64,000 nt of DNA, taken from the human T2T-CHM13v2.0 reference genome, Homo sapiens. The stretch lies in the NCBI RefSeq assembly GCF_009914755.1, contig NC_060932.1; one strand, 5' to 3'. The position numbers were made by a program, and so were the translations under genes. This document shows, piece after piece, positions 39,616 through 55,020 of this stretch; within the stretch, counting starts at the first letter, position 1; each line of letters opens with the position of its first letter. The notes beneath the pieces were generated by a model. It was not told the DNA's origin. It saw only the letters and a list, made by a program, of their open reading frames with translations, and did no database searches.

Positions 39616-41885
39616 CAAATTCAACTAGTTGTTTCTGAGCGCTTTGGGCAAGACATGATCTGTGCTAAGAATATGGACAGGTTCCCAAAAGCACTCTCAC
39701 CCACCCAGATGGAAGGTTCTGGCACACAGTTGCTCTCCTCTCCAACTCTTAAACCATTCTCTCCACACCCTCATGGCATAAAACCTCATGGCATAAAACA
39801 ACTTTACAGCCTGCATAGAAAACCTAAGAATATTCATTACCAGTGAGGTGTTATTTAAAACACTCATCCTCAATAAATGCCTCTCCTAAAACTCTAATAA
39901 CTATGATAATGAAAAACTGTATGTTGTCAGCAATTTGATCAAGAGCACTAAATTAGGAAATTTCAATAACTGCCACTGTAAAGCTATCTGTCCCTGCTGT
40001 AGAACATCCCAGATGGAACTAATATTAACTCTTGTGTGAACTGGCCTGGCTCCATAGCTACCCAATCCTGAGAGATGCCAGTGTGCTGTGAGAACTAGGC
40101 CCCTCTGCAGCTCTCCAACGAACCTGCCACTTACCTCTTCCTGACCCTCAGTTCAAACTCATTCCTATTTGGGGGGCGAGGGAGGAGGGAGCTCTTCCTA
40201 CAAACCGTAATAATTTGCTGGTAAACATAAACAAAACAGTGAAGGCTTCCATTCTCCACCACTGTTCACATACATCTCACCTATGGACGATCTGAGGGGA
40301 AGAGAAAATTCGGGTCCTTGTGTTCCACTTGTCCAGTTGAGAAATTCACGTGGAACTCTGCCCATGGTCGTTAATTCCAAGTTAGGAACTTGGGCCAAAT
40401 GCTTAAAGTCAACCCAAACTTCTCTTCTGAGCAAAAAGGAAGGCCTAAATGCAATGAGAAATGATGCACGAGTTAAATAAAAGATTTACCTGGACAAAAG
40501 AGCACTTTTTAAAACTACAACATAAGCTTTGGCGTGGGGGCTTAGCAGGCACTTCAAAACCTCACAATCACCACCCACGGGACAAACCTGCTCTTGGCGC
40601 TTCTAGAGCTGGTCCCGCCTAAATCAGGATATGGTTCACTCAGTTATCCCCTGCTGGCACCCTTCTGTGTTTTCTTTAAAGGAAAGTCTTTGCCTTTTCT
40701 CCCTTGACATGCAAGCCCCACGAAGTTGTGGCCAGATGAAAAGTCACTGGGCTTTCACCAGGGTCTCAGAACCACATGGTTAAGTCACACAAATGTGCTG
40801 GTCCCATCCCCAACCAGTGGAGTTGGATTAGTCCCCTCCCCATCTGCTGAAGAGCAGGATCCACATTTATTTCTAATGGAAATCCAGGGAAGCAAAATGC
40901 ACTGTCGTTCTTTACACTGCAGCCAGAGGGGGGCCAACCGTACAGCGCCAGCCAGGGCCGTCTAGCTCTTTGAGTTTCCAGCGGTGCTTCCCCCAACACT
41001 CCAGACAGGACAGGGATGGGTGTTCTACGGTCCAGTTAGTCTGAAAAATGGTTTCCAAGAGGTCCTTGGACCATCCCACCACAACTCCCACAGAACACCT
41101 TCTCATCTCTCAGGACAAGCCCACAAAAACCACCCTGAGAGACCTCGAACCTGCAGGAAGGTCCAGGAGGGCTGCTCCGCCTCGCTGCAGAAGGCGCGGC
41201 ACCAGGCTGAGCTTGTCAACAGTCAACCAAACCTTAGAAAACCCCAAATCCTCCCCACAAATGAGTCATCTGAAAGTAAAACCCGTGGCTACAGGGAAGA
41301 GACACTGAGTCTCATCCTCTATGCCTCAGAAAATCACTATTAACTAAGAATCAGGGAACTGATAAACCAAATGCCCTCATCCCACAAAACCGTCCACACT
41401 GACAATCCCATTCTACTGCTACAGATTTCAAACGGCTCACAGATAAAGACAGGGCTGTCCACTCGCAGTCCCTTGAACGCTGGGGCTGGAAGGAACGGGA
41501 TGTCCCGCGCTGCCTTTCCACTAAGCCTCTGCTCAACAGGTGTCAAGTGCCACTCTGTCCCCTGGGTCCCACCATCATCTGGCCACATTTACAGGCTGTG
41601 ACAGCAGCAGCCAAATGTTCGGTTTTTACACTCTGTCCAGGCTTGACTACATTTCCCTTAGCTATCCCCTAAAAGCCTCACATCATGGTGATGAATTATA
41701 GATCAAATGCACTCCCGACTGTCATACCCTCTTAACTCACCGAGCCGTGCCATTCCCACGTGCTTCTAAATGGCCAGCAGAGCCACCAGAAACGGGCAGA
41801 GGCGAGAACATGACTTCAACTTGGTGTTTCTGGTGGATATGTTTTCAGACACCCAGAAGAACTGCGAAGAGACAGCTTCTCTGTA

Positions 41886-42227
41886 TAGCATCCCTCGGAG
41901 ATGCTGCAGACTTGGTTCCAGGCCATCGCAATAAAGCAAATATCACAGTAAAGTGGGTCACACAAATGTTTTGGTTTCCCAGTGCATATTAAAATGTTTA
42001 TGCTACATGATAGTAGAAAGTGAGCAATAGCATTATGTCTTAAAGAATCCAATTATATACTTTAATTTAAAATATATTATTGCCAAAAAGTGAGCACATG
42101 CTGTTGGAAAAACGGCACCAACAGATCTGCTTGAAGCAGGGTTCCCACAAACCTTCAATATGGAAAAGAAACTCCACTGTATCTGTGAAAACACATAAAG
42201 CAAGTACAATAAAATGAGGTGTGCCTG
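41886..42227 (-). mobile_element. Internally deleted Tigger1 (TcMar DNA transposon) retaining both ends
   Basis: Right end ...aataaaatgaggtgtgcctg|TA and left end TA|tagcatccctcggagat... resemble the Tigger1 termini CAGGCATACCTC; TA target duplication. Confidence 0.75.
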
Positions 42228-43331
42228 TAATATGACCGTCCAACACAAGTAACCTTCCATCAATGTTCCCACAAACACTGTATCCTCAACATGTCACCCG
42301 ATGATGCAACCCCAGTACCTTGAGATGGGGTATATGGAGGATTTGCTCTTACATGTAGTAGACTGAGTGGGTCGAGGCTTAACAAAAGAAACTGCAAGTG
42401 AATGAGATAAAGCTACGGAATTTTGTTGAGTACAGCAATTTAGTGAGTCACTTCATTTTGCTAGATCTTCATTTCTGAAATGAATTTTAGACAAAATAAC
42501 TGAAATCAATTATCAGGCCAGCCCACGAAGTACTGCTGAGCACAGGCATTGCTAGAAGTCACAACCAATAACACAACTGGCAGTAAGCGCCTTATCACAG
42601 AGATGGAGAACCTGATCACAGAGCCCACGACGGAGGCCCTGATGCCCATCTCCCTGCAAAGCAGATGAGATGTCCAAACTGTACTTCCAGACCTGGCCCA
42701 TAAAATAAGATGGAGTGTGGAGATCACAAAAGTAGGTACCTACCTGGAGATAAGCTAACTCTAGATTTTTTACAGGAAAGCTAGTTTCATGCCATAAGAT
42801 ATTAAAGCTCTTCCTTACCAGAAAAAAACCTGATACAAAGCAAGACAGGCTGTATTTCCTGTGTTCTAAATTATCGTGGGAACCTCAGTTACATCCTCTC
42901 CTGCCATGTTTTGGGGCTTGGAGGTAAGAAAGAGGTAAAGCAAACAGATAACACTGTAAAGGGATGAGAGGTAAGTAGAAAAGAGAAAACAACTGAAAAA
43001 GCAAAAAAAGGTTCTTTGTCGTCTGCACAAAGCACTTCCTGCTCTGGGTTTCCATCATGCCTTTTCTGAGAACCAACACCTCGTTTCCTAATCCACTACT
43101 ATCCCATGCTGTGACGGGAGGACCATGACCACCAGCACAAAGGACCACAGCAGAACATAAACAGTGCAGGTGAGGAAAATGCAAACTTTGCCGTAGAAAG
43201 CAGAACCACGTGAATTTCCCGTGAGTCACCCTCACTCTAAAGAACACTCACATATTTGGTAATGGCTCTCATGAGCTGGGCCGGTGACAGAGGGCATCTC
43301 CGCCAGAACCATCTCCGGTCAGGCCACATGA

Positions 43332-43726
<395 letters not shown>

Positions 43727-43761
43727 GACACTGACGCTTCTTTTTAAAAGAAAACATTAAC

Positions 43762-44366
43762 AATGACATCCAGCACATCTTTATTGCTCTGCTTGCTAAC
43801 AAGCAGCACACCTGTGTTCCAGTGGTGAAATCCATGTGCTCAGCAACACAGTGCAGACTGCAGGCTTCATCACATCCCCAGCACGTGACCCATGGAAATC
43901 AGAGACTGGAGCTGCTTCCTGCCATTTCCGAGAATGAAAAGAAACAGAATTCACTAACATCTTAAAAATCCTTCTACAGTGATTTTATTATAAATATGTT
44001 CTTTTGGAATAAACAAATATTGCATTCAAGACTATGGGCAAACTTGCTCTAAAGTAACAAACGAGGAAGAAAGGAACCAGGAACCATTTAGAAGTGGAGA
44101 AAAACACAGCAAAGACACCTGCATGCCACGCTCAGCGCCTTTCTCCCAGGGAGTAACAGAAGGTTAACAGGGAACATCACATTGCCCATGAGCCCATTCT
44201 ACTCAAATAAGCTTTGAGTTTGGTAATTTGCACTTGTTTTGTAAACTGAACTGCTCCTCTCCTCAGCCGCAAGAAGCAGATAGGAAGACAGTCTTCAGAC
44301 CCCGAGCATCAGCAAGAACACTCTTGATTGTGTATCTGTAACTCTGTTCCAGGGCAAAACTGTTCC
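43762..44366 (-). other. GTF2E2: GTF2E2 3'UTR
   Basis: Follows the TAG at 44367-44369; minus-strand AATAAA at 43984-43989 and 43780-43785; 3' end approximate. Confidence 0.85.
43780..43785 (-). terminator. GTF2E2: GTF2E2 distal poly(A) signal (proximal one at 43984-43989)
   Basis: tttatt on + is AATAAA on -. Confidence 0.75.
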
Positions 44367-44483
44367 CTATTTGCTGGAAGTAATGTCAGAGTAATCCTTC
44401 AGCACTCCAGCCAAGTGTTCGTTATGAGTCTTAAAGCGTCGCTTTTTCTGTGAAGCAGGCTTTTTCCTTCTCTGAATAGGGGC
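44367..44483 (-). CDS. GTF2E2: GTF2E2 (TFIIE beta) last coding exon: [38 protein letters not shown]
   Basis: Manual reverse-strand translation after ttttcctttag|; basic C-terminus with the conserved KTHNEHL motif of TFIIE-beta. Confidence 0.97.
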   Translation of the reverse strand, partial: APIQRRKKPASQKKRRFKTHNEHLAGVLKDYSDITSSK

Positions 44484-45726
44484 CTAAAGGAAAAGGTAAA
44501 AACAATTAGAAACAACAGCTGCTCTGAGGGGTGGTGTGGCCAGGATGTTCTGAGCATGCCCAGATGCCAGTGGCTGAGGATGCCAGGTTCGGACCCTTCT
44601 CCTGCTCTGCCACCCAGCAGCACACATGGGGCACAGCACACGCCCTGACCAGACCCCGGGCCTTTGTTCCCCTGAGATGCAGATGCCATCGGGAATGAAG
44701 GAGCAGGCACAAAAACCTGCCAAAATGGTTCTAGGCACTAAGTCAAACAAAAGGGACGATGAAGCCCTTCAGCTCTGTCTCTGTCATCAGGTTTAAAAAC
44801 GTATCCACCATTACCGATTTTAAAAAGATCTGAAGAAAATATGGCAAAATCCTGAGAAAGGAGGAGCACATGAAGGTCTGTAATATTCTCTATTCTTTTC
44901 TATATACTTGAAATATTAGCATCACATGATGAAAAACATTAACAAATGAGACAATAATAGGAAATCATGAAGGGCTGCAATTACACTCATTTGTGGAAAG
45001 AGATTGACAATAAAGCTTCCCTTTAGGTGAGTCCTAAAAATTCACCAAACACACATGCCCACCCCACACCCCAGAAAGACACAGGTGACAAGCTATGAAG
45101 CATGACGGTGGATAAGGAAAGGGGGGAGGAGCACAGCACTGCTAACAAGGGTGCTGGTGAATCATCCCCCCGGGCTTTGTTCTTAGACTACAGATTTTAT
45201 TTGCTGGTGCAAGGCAATGTAAAAGTCATCATTTAATTACTAACATCCCCTGTGAGCAGGATTTAGAGACTATACGGACAAAAATATCTGGTTCCTAGAG
45301 GACCTGAAAGTTACTATGGCAGAACCAGGCACCAGGACGGCGAGGCTCACGGAGCAGGGGAGGGCCCCGTTCAAGTCTGAAAGGTTGTGCAGATCAAGGC
45401 ACAGCATCCCTTTAAGAATAGGGAGAAGGGCTTGTAGCAGCTTAGAGTGGGAGAGTGGGGAACACACAGGCCCTGGAAGGTTCCATATGGCTATACCTCA
45501 AGAGCAGGACTGCTTGGGAGGAGCTGGGTGTAGAAAGGCACTCACAGGCCTGGAGCAGCACCGAGGGTGGGTCTGCAGGCCTGCAATACCTCAGATGTGA
45601 CCTGGGCTGCGGACACTGAGAAACAATGGCGGGGGAACAACTCCCAGCTCTTCAGAGGGCAGAAAGCGGAGCAGGCTAACAGTTCCCAGGGCAGGGGATT
45701 AAGCTGCTTTGCTAGAGATTACGCAC

Positions 45727-45842
45727 CACTTTCTTTGGTCCAGATTCCTGCATGGAAGAAATACCCTGTCGCTTCAGATATTCTTCAATTTTCTCCTCGT
45801 CCATGGAATCTACAGTGACACTCCTCCACAGTTTCTGAAATT
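45727..45842 (-). CDS. GTF2E2: GTF2E2 penultimate exon, 116 nt: (E)[38 protein letters not shown]
   Basis: tgatacag| acceptor and GTG|gtgcgt donor; phase 0 joins the last exon; recognised TFIIE-beta sequence. Confidence 0.97.
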
Positions 45843-47229
45843 CTGTATCAAACAGACACTAGTTATTTTACAATCCATTTTTACAAACTATAGCATCTTG
45901 ATCAAAATCCAGGTTTCAGTGTTATCTCCTCTGGATCCAAATGAGCACATCTGATATGTCATCATGAAACAAGTCAGGGCAGAACATCCACATGTGGGAC
46001 ACGGTGCAGGGAAAGGCCTGGAGACAGAACTGCACCCACACAGCCCCGACAGTGGGGCTGTTTCTTGAGGCCAGCAAATGAGGGCTGCCACAATGAAGCC
46101 GCCCTGCTTTCCTGGGCCGTCAACACCCTCCTTTAATTCCTCTATTTAGGGCTAACAGCTTATTTCCTGCTCAGCTCCCCTAAGCATGATATACTCATTC
46201 CTCTCTCATTGATAATAGAAAATAAGAAACGTGTAGGGAGACGGGAACCGAAGTTTCACATGGAAATGAGGTTATTCAACAATTTATCTGCAAAAAAGAC
46301 TTTTGAAATCAAATAACCTGGTAACTGGTGACTAAGGAGGCATGAAAGGGAAAGGGGGGATGGCTGAAATAAAAACACTGTCTCACCTCCTCTCTGTAAT
46401 ACAAGGAGAAAGGCGACAGTCCTGCCTGCAGCTTGTCTTCAGAAACCTGTAGTCCCTCTGCCACATCACTATTTTTGCAACCAAGAGAGACCACAATTGG
46501 GAAGCATTCCAAATGAACATTATTTACATCTTACATTCTGCTCCTGAAGACAGGTTCTGATCACTGGTTTCACTTAATTATCAGAAGCTACTTTCAGACA
46601 CAAAATCCTAAGACTTACACGCTCAGGAACGAAAAAAGGAAAAGCTCTCTGAGCCCCGAGGCTTCACAGAGCCTCACACTCACAACTGCCCCACGCACTG
46701 AGGGGATGCACCTTCCCTTCCTTTCTTCCCACCCCAGACCCTCACCCAGCGCCGCCCTCCTTTTCTTCCAGAGCCAAGAACTTCCCACGGTCCGTTTACA
46801 AATGATAAATGAAGTAGGCATCTGATACTGTGCTAGGCCAGATTTCTTTCCTTTTCCCCTTTTCCTTCCTTCCCCCTTTCTCTCTCATTTCAGTACACGC
46901 TGCATAAAGCAAATGATGCCCACACAGGCAGGACTCTGGTGATACCATGGAAATCGGTTTACTGCCACCTACCCTGAAGCTTTTCATTGCAGGTGACCAA
47001 TGGCAAAAGTGGCAAAATCTACTACAAAGAATTCAACCTGAGCATAAAGTTATTTAAATCCAAAATGTCTCTAAATAAGATTTTTTAATTTCCATAGATA
47101 CATTAGGGGTTCTTTCTACTACACACCCACTGAACGTTCATCTGCACACATTATGGACATGACCTAACTGATAACAACTGTGTGCATGATTGTCTCGGCC
47201 TCTCTAAGCTCCTTGAGAGCAGGGAGCTC

Positions 47230-47290
47230 TATTTCCATCTTGTTTCCATGATAGTCGGCGTATTTCCATCTCGTTTCCATGACAGTCGGC
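47230..47290. repeat. 31-bp tandem duplication
   Basis: tatttccatct(t/c)gtttccatga(t/c)agtcggc x2. Confidence 0.9.
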
Positions 47291-47320
47291 ACTGTACCTA
47301 GCACATGACAGGTCCTCAGT

Positions 47321-47440
47321 GATTTGACTACTGAATGTATGAAACACCATCACTGTCTACTACAGCCTAGACAAGACTTCAACGATTTGACTACCGAATG
47401 TATGAAATACCATCATTGTCTACTACACCCTAGACAAGAC
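47321..47440. repeat. 63-bp-period tandem duplication
   Basis: gatttgactac(t/c)gaatgtatgaaa(c/t)accatca(c/t)tgtctactaca(g/c)cctagacaagac at 47321 and 47384. Confidence 0.9.
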
Positions 47441-47459
47441 AGACTGTTTTCTTTTTTTA

Positions 47460-47770
47460 AAATTTATTTATTTTTGAGACAGGGTCTAGTTCTGTTGCCC
47501 AAACTGGAAAGCAGTGGCGCAATCTCAGCTCACTGTAACCTCCACCTCCTGGGCTTAAGCAATCCTCCCACCTCAGCCTCCTGAGGAGCTGGGACCAAGG
47601 TACACACCACCATGCCCAGCTAAGTTGTTTCTGGGGGGGTGGGGGGTTGTGTAGAGATGAGGTTTTACCATGTTGCCTAGGCTGGGCTCAAACTCCTGAG
47701 CTCAGGCAATCCATCTGCCTCGGCCTCCCGAAGTGCTGGGATTACAGGTGTCGAGCCACCATGTCTGGCC
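47460..47770 (-). mobile_element. AluJ
   Basis: Antisense dimeric Alu with a G-run in the linker. Confidence 0.9.
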
Positions 47771-47789
47771 TATATTTTTCTTTTTACAT

Positions 47790-48490
47790 TTTTTAGACTT
47801 TTAAAAAATAATTTTACACTAACAAAAGGGTTACAAAATGAGTACACAGAGTTCCTATATGCCCTTTATCCAGCTTCCCCTAATGTTAACACCTTACATA
47901 ACTGTATAATTATTGAAACTAACATGGACATATTACTATTAATTCATCAACAGGCCTTACTGAAACTTCACAAGTTTGAAGTGAAACTTCAACTTCACCG
48001 ATGCTCTTTTCTTGGCCCAGGATCCTGCCTGTCACATCTCTTTGGTCTCCTCCATTCTCTAAGTGTGGCCAGTCTTTGTTTCCCCACTGGTCAGTTGTTT
48101 TACAGAAACTTCCATTTGGGTTTGTCTAGTATTTCCTCATTACTAGATTGAGGTTATGCAATTCTGGCAAGAACAACACAGTAACGAGCTTGTGCCCTTC
48201 TTGGGGCACAGTAGCAAGCTACATAGTGTCAACATGGACCCGGTAAACGCTGACCATCAGGCAAGGTGTTATCTCTCAGGTTTCTCTGTCATGAAGCTAT
48301 CAGTTTTTCCTTTGTAGTTAATAATTAATGGAGAGATATTTTCAGACTATATAAATACCGTTTCTCATATTATCACTAATTTTATAATAGCATCCATTGG
48401 TAGTGCTTACCTACAAAAATGACTACTTGTAAGTAACTACTGACAAATTATTTCCATCATTCCTTCCATATGTACTAATTAGAATTCTAC
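47790..48490 (-). mobile_element. Old L1 (L1M) 3'UTR fragment
   Basis: cagcttcccctaatgttaacaccttacataact...attgaaactaa is typical of L1MB/MC 3' ends. Confidence 0.6.
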
Positions 48491-48497
48491 TATAATA

Positions 48498-48800
48498 GGC
48501 TGGGCACGGTGGCTCATGCCTGTAATCCCAGCACTTTGGGAGGCTGAGGAGGGTGGATCATTCAAGGTCAGGAGTTCAAGACCAGCCTGGCCAACATGGT
48601 GAAACTGTGTCTCTACTAAAAATACAAAAATTAGCTGGGCATGGCAGTGGGTACCTGTAATCCCAGCTACTCAGAAGGCTGAGGCAGGAAAATCACTTGA
48701 ACCTGGGAGGCGGAGGGTGCAGTGAGCTGAGATTGTGCCACTGTACTCCAGCCTGGGTAACACAGCGAGACTCCATCTCAAAAAACAAAACATAACAAAA
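48498..48800 (+). mobile_element. AluS
   Basis: ggctgggcacggtggctcatgcctgtaatcccagc... with A-rich tail. Confidence 0.93.
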
Positions 48801-48834
48801 AACACAAAGAGCTGCTCTTCCTTCAGTTCACTGT

Positions 48835-49551
<717 letters not shown>

Positions 49552-50354
49552 GACGATCAGTATTTATTTTGTGGTTCAAACATCCCAGCTCTAATCACTA
49601 AGATTTCCTTCATGTTGGTTCCTATGTCCCTGACTTGCTTCCCTTTTTTTTTTTTCCTCCAGTTTTTCTTCTTTCTCTCACTTTCTGGCGGTACTAAAAG
49701 ATGTTCCAGGCTCATCTTGTATTTCCCCTCATTTGGAATCAATGATTTCTTCAAGGATTCCTGACTTGTTTTATTATAGAATGGTATTTAAAAACCAAGA
49801 TCTACATATTTTGGGTTTTTAAAAATAGCAATCTCTTTTTTGAAAACAAAATGATCAAGGGACATCAAATTTAAAGGCAGACACTTTATTATGGCAGAAG
49901 ACAGCCAAGTATCATGAAAGTCAGGCACACTCTAAACTGTAAGGGTAAATAAAATCAGAACTGATTTAGAAATCTACTCTCTTAGCAGAAAAGAGGAGAA
50001 AACAGACTAGAATTTAAAAGCTCAGATTTGATCCTTTCATTTCAAAAGACCCTTCCTTGTCCCACATGAGTTAAGAATAAAAAACTGTGTAACTGCCATA
50101 GAAGGGAAGAAAATGAGCCAACTTACCAATGAGGCTTTGCTTAAAATTCCCAAATAACGCACTCACATTTTGTCTGTGCTTAGCCCTTTCCCGTAAATGC
50201 AAAAGTAGCACAACAGTGTGGTGCAGGCCTCAGAGCCAGATGGCCTGGCTGTGACCTCAGTTACCACATTTCCTGCACAAAGTGGTGCAAACATCTTAAT
50301 TTTTCTGCCTCCATTTCTTCATCTGTAAAGTGAGGATAATAATAATACCTGCCT

Positions 50355-50738
<384 letters not shown>

Positions 50739-51213
50739 TTATCTACACCTATTACTGTTATCATCACCATCTAACACCCATCATAATTTTCTGTGTGCTG
50801 GTGTCTTTAATAAAGGCAATATAAAACATTTAAGAAGAGGATCAGCTACTAGACACAAAGTGATCTCATTTATGTAAAGCAGAAGAAACAAAACTTCTAA
50901 AAATTTCTTAAAAAGCAAAAACACATACATATTAAATACATCGTAAAGATGTGGAAAATACACACCAATAGGTATCCCCAGAGAAAAGAATACAGTTTGC
51001 TTAGAGAATTTTCATTTTTTTGTTCTGCAGACTTGACAAAGGTTTTATTAATAATATGCAGAAATATTTGTGTATTGCTAGTGTAAAATTTTAAAGAAAT
51101 AACCTAAAAATAAGGAGGATCATACTTACTAATAATTCACGCACTTGCCACTTTTTCTCAGCCCCACATTAGGCTATGGTGTTCTAGTGTTAGCATTAAG
51201 GTACATCTTTGCC

Positions 51214-51244
<31 letters not shown>

Positions 51245-51248
<4 letters not shown>

Positions 51249-51545
51249 CAGGCCCAGTGGCTCATGCCTGTAATTCCAGAGCTTAGGGAGATGGAGGTGG
51301 GAGGACTGCTTGAACCCAGGAGCTCAAGGCCAGCCTGGGCAATATATAGAGACACCATCTCAAAAATTTAAAAAACAAGCCGGGCATGGTGGTGTTCACT
51401 TGTAGTCCCAGCTACTCAGGAGACTGAGGTGGGAAGAGAGCTTGAACCCAGTTTGACGTTGTGAGCTACAATTGTGCCACTGCACTCCAGCCTGGGAGAC
51501 AAAGAGAGACCCTGTCTCTAAAACAACAACAACAACAAAACCAAA
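51245..51545 (+). mobile_element. AluJ, preceded by a ~28-nt poly-A
   Basis: Dimeric Alu with (AAC)n tail. Confidence 0.9.
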
Positions 51546-52574
51546 TGCAGAATCTCAACGAGCAACACGCCATGCCTTCCTCCCTTTTCCTTTAACAACA
51601 CGTGTTATTAACGTGACTTTTTATCCTCAAAAGTGTCATTATATCCACTTTGCAGTTCCAGAAAATAGGACATTTCTCAATTTACCTCATCTTCTAGTGA
51701 TCTTACATTTGAGACCTATCAAAATAATTTCTTGTGTGCTACACAGAAAAATGCACCCCCACCCAAGATGTCCACAACGTAATCCCCAGAACCTGTGAAT
51801 ACATTACCATAAAAGAGACTTTGGTGACTAAGAATCTTGAGATGAGGAGATCTCAAGATTTGGATTCTGAATTGGAAGAATTAATACTGTTAAAATGTCC
51901 ATACTATCCAAAGTGATCCACAGATTCAATGCAATCCCTATAAAAATTCCAATGTCATTTTTCACATAAATAGAAAAAATAATTCTAAAAGTCTAATGGA
52001 AACACACAAAAAAACTGAATAGCCAAGGCAATCTTGAGCGAAACAAACAAAACTAGAGGTACCACACTACTTCAAACTATATTACAATGCTACGGTAATC
52101 AAAACAGCATGGGACTGGCATAAACAAAAGCCCAGTAATGAACCCATGCATTTACAATCCGCTGATCTTTGACAAAGGTGCCAAGAACACACAATGGGAA
52201 AAGGACAGTCTCTTCAATAAAGGGTGTCGGGAAAACTGAATATCCACATGCAGGAGAATGAAATGAGGCCACTGTCTCACACCATATAGAAAAATCAACT
52301 CAAAATGGATTGAAGACTTAAACATAAGACCTGAACCTGTGAAAATACTACAAGAAAACACAGGGAAAACAACACAACACTGGTCAGGGCAATCATTTTT
52401 TGGATTTGACCCCAAAAGTTCAGGCAACAAAAGCAAACATAGACAACTGGGATTACAACAAACCAAAAAGCTGCAGCATGGCAAAGTAAACAGACTGAAG
52501 AGACAACCTACAAACTGGGAGAATATATTTGCAAGCAATACATCTAATATGGGTTTAATATACAAAATATAGGG

Positions 52575-52872
52575 CAGGTGCCACAACTCATGCCTATAAT
52601 CCCAGCACTTTGGGAGGGCGAGGCAGGAAGATTGCTTGAGCCTAGGAGTTTGAGACCAGCCTGGGCAATATAGTGAGACCTCGTCTCTACAAAAAATGTT
52701 TTAAGTTTAGCCAAGTTTGGCAGTACATATCTGCAGTCCCAGCTACTTAGGAGGCTAAGATGACAGGATCACTTCAGCCTGGGAGGTGGAGGCTGCAGTT
52801 AGCTGAGATCATGCCGCTGCATTACAATCTGGGCAACAAAATGAGACGCTGCCTCTAAAAAAGAAAAAAAAA
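52575..52872 (+). mobile_element. AluJ inside L1
   Basis: Dimeric Alu. Confidence 0.88.
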
Positions 52873-53013
52873 TTATATATATTTTCCATATATATGGAAC
52901 TCAAAATAATAGCAAAAAAAAAAAATAACCTGATTTAAAAATTGGCAAAAGATCTGAATATTGTCTGAAAATTCAGAAATCCTGAAATGTCAGAAATATT
53001 CAGACATTTCTCA

Positions 53014-53666
<653 letters not shown>

Positions 53667-54039
53667 TTATTCTAAGGACTTGAACTTAGTATGTTGAGGA
53701 GATGCTTGCACTCCCATGTTCACTGCAGCATTACTTACAACAGTCGAGATAAAGACTCAGTCTAAGTGTCTATCAACAGATGAACGGATAACAAAAATAT
53801 AATATATATACACACAATGGAATTCTATTAGCCTTAAAAAAGAAAGGAATTCTGTCATTTGCAACATGAATAAACCTGGAGGACATTGTTAAATGAAATA
53901 AGCCAGGCACCGAATGACAAAAACCGCATGTTTTCACCTCTACGTGGAATCTAAAACAATCAGAACTCAACAGAAGCAGAGAGTAGAATGATGGCTACTA
54001 GAGGCTAGGAGAAGGGGAATGAGGAGGTGTTGGTCCAAA

Positions 54040-54376
54040 GAAAAAGGAATCTTGAAAGGCAGGTTATCCTGGATTATTTGAGCAGACCTAATGTAATCAC
54101 AAGGGTCCTTATAAAGGAAAGAGGCAGGCAAGAGAGCCTGAGTCAAGGTGGAAGCAGAGGTCAGAGTGATGCTGGGACACAAGCCAAGAAATTCGGGTAG
54201 CCTCTGGAAGCTGAAAAGGCAAGAAAACGAATTCTTCCCATGAGTATCCAGAAGTGCAGCCCTTTTTACCCATTTAAGACTTCTGACCTCCAGAACAGTA
54301 AGATAATACGTTTGTGTTGTTTTAAGCCATGAAGTTTGTAGTAACATCTTACAGCAGCAACAGGAAACTAATACAC
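54040..54376. mobile_element. MLT1 LTR (3' part; the 5' part is probably at ~51735-51860, split by the L1)
   Basis: ttatcctggattat...taatgtaatcacaagggtccttataa...acttctgacctccagaac...tttgtgttgttttaagcca...ggaaactaataca. Confidence 0.8.
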
Positions 54377-54414
54377 ACTGCTTGAAAATTTTCTTTTTAA
54401 AAAAGTACTGGCCT

Positions 54415-55020
54415 GGCCGGGCACAGTGGCTCACGCCTGTAATCCCAGCACTTTTGGAGGCTGAGGGAGGCGGATCACGAGGTCAGGAGTTTGAGACCAG
54501 CCTGACCAACATGGTGAAACCCCATCTCTACTAAAAATGCAAAAAAAAAATTATCCGGGCGTGGTGGCACACGCCTGTAATCACAGCTACTCAGGAGGCT
54601 GAGGCAGGAGAATCACTTGAATCCAGGAAGCAGAGGTTGCAGTAACCAAGATCGCACTACTGCACTCAAGCCTGCTGACAAAGCGAGACTCCACCTCAAA
54701 AAAAAGAAAAAAGTATTGGCATGGTGCAATGACTCACACCTGTAATCCCAGTACTTTGGGAGGCCAAGGTGGGAGGATCACTTGAAGCCAGAAGTTCAAG
54801 ACCAGTCTGGGCAAAAGCGAGACCTCCATCTCTACCAAAATTTTTAAAATAATAAATTGGCCAGACATGGAGGCATATGCCTGTAGTCCCAGCTAAGAGA
54901 CTGAGGTGGGAGGATGGCTTGAGTCCAGGGGAGTTCAAGGCTGCAGTGACCTATGACTGTGCCATTACATTCCAGCCTGAGCAACAGAGCAAGATGCTGT
55001 CTTAAAAATAAAAAATAAAT
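54415..55020 (+). mobile_element. Two tandem sense Alus (AluS ~54415-54710, AluJ ~54718-55020)
   Basis: Two consecutive dimeric Alus, each with an A tail. Confidence 0.9.

Noticed and set aside
47230-47440. Repeat-spacer-like look of the tandem duplications (CRISPR-like)
   Set aside because: Only two copies each, no unique spacers, no cas genes, and the DNA is mammalian
52152-52586. 144-aa and 77-aa ORFs
   Set aside because: They lie within decayed L1 ORF2 (antisense and frameshifted fragments); not a functional retrotransposon
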